Positions 61,609 through 64,000 of a stretch of DNA of 64,000 bases are shown piece by piece. This stretch comes from Solirubrobacteraceae bacterium. Lineage in GTDB: Bacteria; Actinomycetota; Thermoleophilia; Solirubrobacterales; Solirubrobacteraceae. The position numbers and the translations under genes were made by a program. The first letter of the stretch is position 1, and the number at the start of each line of letters is the position of its first letter. A model generated the notes under the pieces. The model was given only the letters and a program-made list of their open reading frames with translations. It was not told where the DNA came from and searched no databases. The DNA is taken from contig DASTIC010000043.1 of NCBI GenBank assembly GCA_035717845.1, positions 10,641-74,640 of the forward strand, written 5' to 3'.

Positions 61609-62811
61609 ATGGCCCAAGCAACCACGAGCTGGACGACGCCGGAAGTCGTCATGGCGCGCCAGCCGATCTTCGACGCCGACCTGCGCCTCGAGGCGTTCGA
61701 GCTGCTCTACCGCACGGTGGGCGACAACGACTCGCCGGCCGGCGACCGCGCGACGGCCACCGTGCTCGTCGGCGCGCTGGCCGACGTCGGGCTCGCGCGG
61801 CTGGTGGGCTCGCAGCGGGCGTACCTGAACGTCAACCGCGAGTTCCTGCTCGCCTTCCGCCCGCTGCCGCTGCCCGCCGATCGCGTCGTGCTCGAGCTGG
61901 TCGAGGACCAGGTGATCGACGCCGAGCTGCTCGAGGTCCTGGCCGAGCTGGTCGACGACGGCTTCACGCTCGCGCTCGACAACTTCGACTACCGGCCGGA
62001 GCACGAGCCGCTGCTGCGCCTCGCCACCGTCGCGAAGCTCGACATCCAGGCGCTCGACCGCGACGCCCAGACCGAGCACGTGCGGCGGCTGCGCGAGCTG
62101 GGCCTGACCGTGATCGCGGAGAAGGTCGAGACGCGCGAGGAGCTCGAGCACTGCCGCCGCCTCGGCGTCGACGGCTTCCAGGGCTTCTTCTTCGAGCGCC
62201 CGGCGATCGTCTCCGGCCGCCCCACCCCCACCTTCCGCATGCGTGCGCTGGCCGAGCTGCTCGACACGGAGGACGAGGACCTCGACGCGCTCGAGCACCT
62301 CATCAGCCACGACGCCGGCATCAGCCACAAGCTCCTCCGGCTCACCAACTCCGCGCACGTCTCGCCGCGCAGCGAGATCCGCTCGATCCGCCACGCCCTC
62401 GCCCTCCTCGGCGGGCGCACGGTGCGCCGCTGGGCGATGCTGTTCCTGCTCTCGGAGAGCCGCGGGCACTCGCACGAGCTGCTCGTCACCGCGCTCGTGC
62501 GCGCCGGCCTGTGTGAGATGCGCGCCGAGCGGGACGGGAACGCGGAGGCCGACCGCGCCTTCACCGTCGGCCTCTTCTCGGTCGCCGACGCGCTGCTCCA
62601 CACGACGATGCCGGAGCTCCTCCACGAGCTCCCGTTCGACGAGCGCACCACCGAGGCGCTGCTCGACCACGTCGGCCCCGAGGGGCGCATCCTCCGGACG
62701 GTGCTCGCGTACGAGCGCGGGCGCTTCGACGAGCACGAGGTGAGCGGGCTCAGCGCGATGTACTACGACGCGGTCGAGTGGGCCACCGAGACCGTGCTCC
62801 AGCTCGGCTGA
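61609..62811 (+). CDS. EAL-like plus HDOD domain protein (c-di-GMP signalling)
   Basis: ARQPIFDADLRLEAFELLYR (ELL variant of EAL), LNVN, LELVE, LDNFD, AKLD, AEKVET and FQGFFF. The HDOD region follows (ISHDAGISHKLLRLTNSA...ALALLG). The start may be ATG at 61651. Confidence 0.8.
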   Translation: MAQATTSWTTPEVVMARQPIFDADLRLEAFELLYRTVGDNDSPAGDRATATVLVGALADVGLARLVGSQRAYLNVNREFLLAFRPLPLPADRVVLELVEDQVIDAELLEVLAELVDDGFTLALDNFDYRPEHEPLLRLATVAKLDIQALDRDAQTEHVRRLRELGLTVIAEKVETREELEHCRRLGVDGFQGFFFERPAIVSGRPTPTFRMRALAELLDTEDEDLDALEHLISHDAGISHKLLRLTNSAHVSPRSEIRSIRHALALLGGRTVRRWAMLFLLSESRGHSHELLVTALVRAGLCEMRAERDGNAEADRAFTVGLFSVADALLHTTMPELLHELPFDERTTEALLDHVGPEGRILRTVLAYERGRFDEHEVSGLSAMYYDAVEWATETVLQLG

Positions 62812-62831
62812 CCCCGGCGCACACGCGCTTG

Positions 62832-62856
62832 ACGGGAGTGAGAGACTCCCGTTTCT
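62832..62856 (+). terminator. Putative intrinsic terminator after the EAL-HDOD gene
   Basis: An 8-bp stem ACGGGAGT (62832-62839) / ACTCCCGT (62845-62852) with loop GAGAG, followed by TTCT. The U-tract is weak. Confidence 0.4.
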
Positions 62857-62902
62857 AGAGGCGTTGGAATCGGTCCCATCGGACCGGAGGGGGAGTCGGG
62901 AC

Positions 62903-64000
62903 ATGCTGCGTTTTCTTGCCACGCTGTGCGGGCTGCTGGCCTGCCTGGCCACCGCGTCGGTCGCTGACGCGCACAAGCAGCGCGGCCACCACCACGGCCA
63001 CCACGGCAAGGCGCAGCACAGCCTGCGCGCGGCGGTCACCGACCAGAACTTCTACTTCGTCATGGCCGACCGGTTCGAGAACGGCACCGCGGCCAACGAC
63101 CATGGCGGCCTGCCGCCTGGCAAGAGCGAGGGCCAGTCGGGCTTCGACCCGACCGGTAAGGGCTGGTACCACGGCGGCGACCTGAAGGGGATGCTCGACC
63201 GGATCGACTACATCGAGGACCTCGGGACGACCGCGATCTGGCTGACGCCGAGCTTCAAGAACAAGGCGGTCCAGGACAACGACGGGTTCCCGTCGGCCGG
63301 CTACCACGGCTACTGGATCACCGACTTCACGCAGATCGACCCCCACCTCGGCTCCAACGCCGATCTGCGCGCGCTGGTCGACGCCGCGCACGCGCGCGGC
63401 ATGAAGGTCTACTTCGACATCATCACCAACCACACGGCGGACGTCATCCGCTACCAGAACGACGACGGATCCCTCACCGGGCGCCCCTACATCTCCAAGG
63501 ACCGGGCGCCCTACAAGACAGCGTCGGGCCAGCCGTTCGACGACCGCGACTATGCCGGCACGAACACGTTCCCGCCGCTCTCCCCCACCGTCAGCTTCCC
63601 GTTCCGGCCGGTGGTCCCGGCGGCCGAGACGGGAGTCAAGTTCCCGGACTGGCTGGACGACGTCAACCGCTACCACAACCGCGGCAACACGACGTTCGTC
63701 GGGGAGAACTCCTACTACGGCGACTTCTTCGGCCTCGACGACCTCTTCACCGAGCAGCCCCAGGTCGTCGACGGGATGATCGACATCTACAAGCAGTGGA
63801 TCACGGACTTCCGGATCGACGGCTTCCGGATCGACACGATGAAGCACGTCAACGACGAGTTCTGGGAGAAGTTCGCGCCCGCGATCCTCGACCACGCCCG
63901 CCGCCAGGGCCTGCGCGAGTTCTACGCGTTCGGCGAGGTCTTCGACATCACGAAGCCGTTCACGTCGCACTTCACGACGCAGGCGAACGTGCAGGGCGTG
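62903..64000 (+). CDS. Secreted alpha-amylase family (GH13) glycosidase, N-terminal part (runs off the window)
   Basis: The ATG at 62903 follows GGAGGGGGAG. The signal peptide is MLRFLATLCGLLACLATASVADA. GH13 regions are DIITNHTA (I), GFRIDTMKHV (II) and FGEV (III). It is not in the track. The minus-strand ORF 62855..63970 is its antisense artefact. Confidence 0.88.
   Translation, partial: MLRFLATLCGLLACLATASVADAHKQRGHHHGHHGKAQHSLRAAVTDQNFYFVMADRFENGTAANDHGGLPPGKSEGQSGFDPTGKGWYHGGDLKGMLDRIDYIEDLGTTAIWLTPSFKNKAVQDNDGFPSAGYHGYWITDFTQIDPHLGSNADLRALVDAAHARGMKVYFDIITNHTADVIRYQNDDGSLTGRPYISKDRAPYKTASGQPFDDRDYAGTNTFPPLSPTVSFPFRPVVPAAETGVKFPDWLDDVNRYHNRGNTTFVGENSYYGDFFGLDDLFTEQPQVVDGMIDIYKQWITDFRIDGFRIDTMKHVNDEFWEKFAPAILDHARRQGLREFYAFGEVFDITKPFTSHFTTQANVQGV

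Noticed and set aside
62855-63970. A 371-aa minus-strand ORF at the right edge
   Set aside because: It is antisense to a clear GH13 alpha-amylase reading frame that has a signal peptide and conserved regions I to III.

Overview
The window is 64 kb of very GC-rich bacterial chromosome, roughly 70% GC by eye, and almost fully coding. It looks actinobacterial. The gene order valS-folC...maf-mreBCD-mrdA-rodA-rne-rplU-rpmA-obg resembles Firmicutes and deep-branching Actinobacteria such as Thermoleophilia or Rubrobacteria, but that lineage guess is untested.

**Gene content**
- 1-21 kb is one long minus-strand housekeeping block, and many of its genes are joined by 1-8 nt stop/start overlaps. In transcription order (descending coordinates) it reads: valS, folC, micro-ORF, membrane zinc-ribbon protein, ndk, maf, mreBCD, mrdA, rodA, rne, rplU, rpmA, an opposite-strand SDR gene, obg, proB, proA, nadD, rsfS. 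A plus-strand tRNA-Ala(GGC) and the 5' part of leuS lie beyond rsfS at the low-coordinate end.
- 21-64 kb is mixed core and accessory:
  - an XRE/nucleotidyltransferase pair, TetR-glpD, and clpX-clpP-tig;
  - a STAS protein and phhA with a divergent Lrp regulator;
  - a MacB-like ABC exporter next to two tandem NarL-type kinases and a regulator;
  - oxidoreductases, a Baeyer-Villiger monooxygenase, and a two-domain multicopper oxidase coupled to a ZIP transporter;
  - a GT39 glycosyltransferase, an OmpR-type two-component system, ilvD, an EAL-HDOD protein, and the 5' part of a GH13 amylase.
- Many long ORFs in the supplied track are antisense or out-of-frame high-GC artefacts, or they are true genes fused to spurious N-terminal extensions. 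I re-set starts where conserved N-termini or stop/start overlaps justify it.
- leuS, the GH13 gene and several ORFs under 60 aa are missing from the track. I read them directly from the sequence.

**What was not found**
- No CRISPR array, transposase, integrase, phage gene or recognisable defence system.
- No complete novel multi-gene system can be demonstrated from sequence alone.

**Items most worth a second look**
1. A structured repeat family has one copy filling the 154-nt proB-proA spacer. A second, internally duplicated copy lies downstream of the OmpR-type system's sensor kinase, and its end module supplies that kinase's last codons and stop.
2. A second small repeat family with compensatory stem changes brackets the opposite-strand SDR gene between rpmA and obg. 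One copy supplies the last codons of rpmA.
3. A lower-GC XRE-HTH plus small nucleotidyltransferase-fold gene pair looks like a toxin-antitoxin module.
4. A tandem histidine-kinase paralog has lost the phospho-acceptor His and ATP-binding residues.
5. maf keeps a conserved N-terminus that has no canonical start codon.
6. A Zn-alcohol dehydrogenase survives only as an in-frame internally deleted remnant.
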